NCBI GenBank assembly: GCA_038087875.1 | Contig: JAXLNO010000538.1 | Span: 1-34,224 of the forward strand | Source: Malacoraja senta | Taxonomy: Eukaryota | Direction of reading: 5' to 3' | DNA: 34,224 nt | Shown here: positions 33,609-34,224 of the stretch, piece by piece | Layout of the letters: each line of letters starts with the position of its first letter | Position numbering within the stretch: position 1 is the stretch's first letter | Notes under the pieces: generated by a model | Seen by the model: the letters and a program-made list of their open reading frames with translations, nothing else | Told to the model about the DNA's origin: nothing | Database searches by the model: none | Made by a program: the position numbers and the translations under genes

Positions 33609-33655
33609 CTGGCGGGAAGAAAGGGAAGAGGAGACAAGGTTAGGAACCTCCTGGT

Positions 33656-33947
33656 GCAGCACGGTGGCGTAGCGATAGAGTTGCTGCCTTACAGTGCCAG
33701 TCCCAGGATCCATCCTGACTACAGGCATTGTCTGTGTGGAGTTTGTACCTTCTCCCTGTGACCATGTGGGTTTCCTCCGGCTTCTCCGGTTTCCTCCCAC
33801 GTTCCAAAGACGTGCGGGTTTGTACGTTAATTGGCCTCTGTAACGAGTGTAGCCTAGAACTAGTGTGAACGGGTGATCAATGGTCGGCGTGTACTCAGTG
33901 GGGCAAAGGGCCTGTTTCCACGTTGTATCTCCAAAACTAAACTAAAC
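33656..33947 (+). mobile_element. HE1/V-type SINE (intronic, antisense to the gene)
   Basis: gcagcacggtggcgtagcgatagagttgctgcc head, V-domain, agggcctgtttcc tail, (ctaaa)n. Confidence 0.85.
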
Positions 33948-34087
33948 TCTCACCTCAACAGTTCCCATCGCCTACAAGAAAAACTCCACCATTTCTTTCA
34001 TGAAGAAAAATAAAGTGACCTCCTCAATGACCACTGAACAGTGGAGTCAAACAGCATGGAAATAGGCCACTCGGCCCAACTCGACAT

Positions 34088-34224
34088 TGCTGACCAAGAT
34101 GCCCCATCTAGTGCTGACCAAGATGCCCCATCTAATGCTGACCCTAATGCTGACCAAGATGCCCCATCTATGCTGATCAAGATGCCCCATCTAATGCTGA
34201 CCAAGATGCCCCATCTAATGCTGA
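34088..34224. repeat. 24-bp minisatellite (tgctgaccaagatgccccatctaa) grown from a reversed CR1/HER tail
   Basis: About 5 full and 2 partial units following ggaaataggccactcggcccaac; runs off the window end. Confidence 0.9.

Noticed and set aside
33609..33637. ORF-track N-terminus MSPLPFLPA of the 295-aa ORF
   Set aside because: This is the intronic polypyrimidine tract read from a non-ATG codon; the exon starts after the AG at 33610-33609
32727..33643. Alternative-frame and antisense ORFs over the SWIM exon
   Set aside because: Shadow ORFs expected from GC-rich codon usage

Overview
Eukaryotic, transposon-saturated genomic DNA, most likely from a cartilaginous fish (skate/ray-like). This is inferred from HE1/V-SINE-type SINEs with CR1/HER-type tails, Rex1/Babar LINEs and Penelope GIY-YIG elements. 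The only convincing host coding sequence is a large intact minus-strand exon (33608-32750). It encodes the C-terminal half of a MULE-transposase-derived SWIM zinc-finger protein (ZSWIM3-like), with a phase-compatible candidate last exon at 28875-28823. A possible terminal exon and poly(A) site of a convergent plus-strand gene lies at 423-915. The rest is nested mobile DNA. A Mag-like Gypsy element (11334-16957) has a 5-bp TSD but unequal LTRs. Two non-autonomous TAG...CTA DNA transposons (Academ-like) both carry CCAAT boxes, a dead first exon and a CTCF-type motif; copy 2 also keeps a last-exon remnant. A CpG-rich retroposon family with Rex1-like tails includes one copy with a near-perfect 102-bp hairpin. 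Also present are Penelope pieces with hammerhead-ribozyme cores, a chromovirus integrase-chromodomain fragment, a teleost AFC-like SINE, and micro/minisatellites. No database searches were run; family names come from motif recognition and TE boundaries are approximate unless stated.
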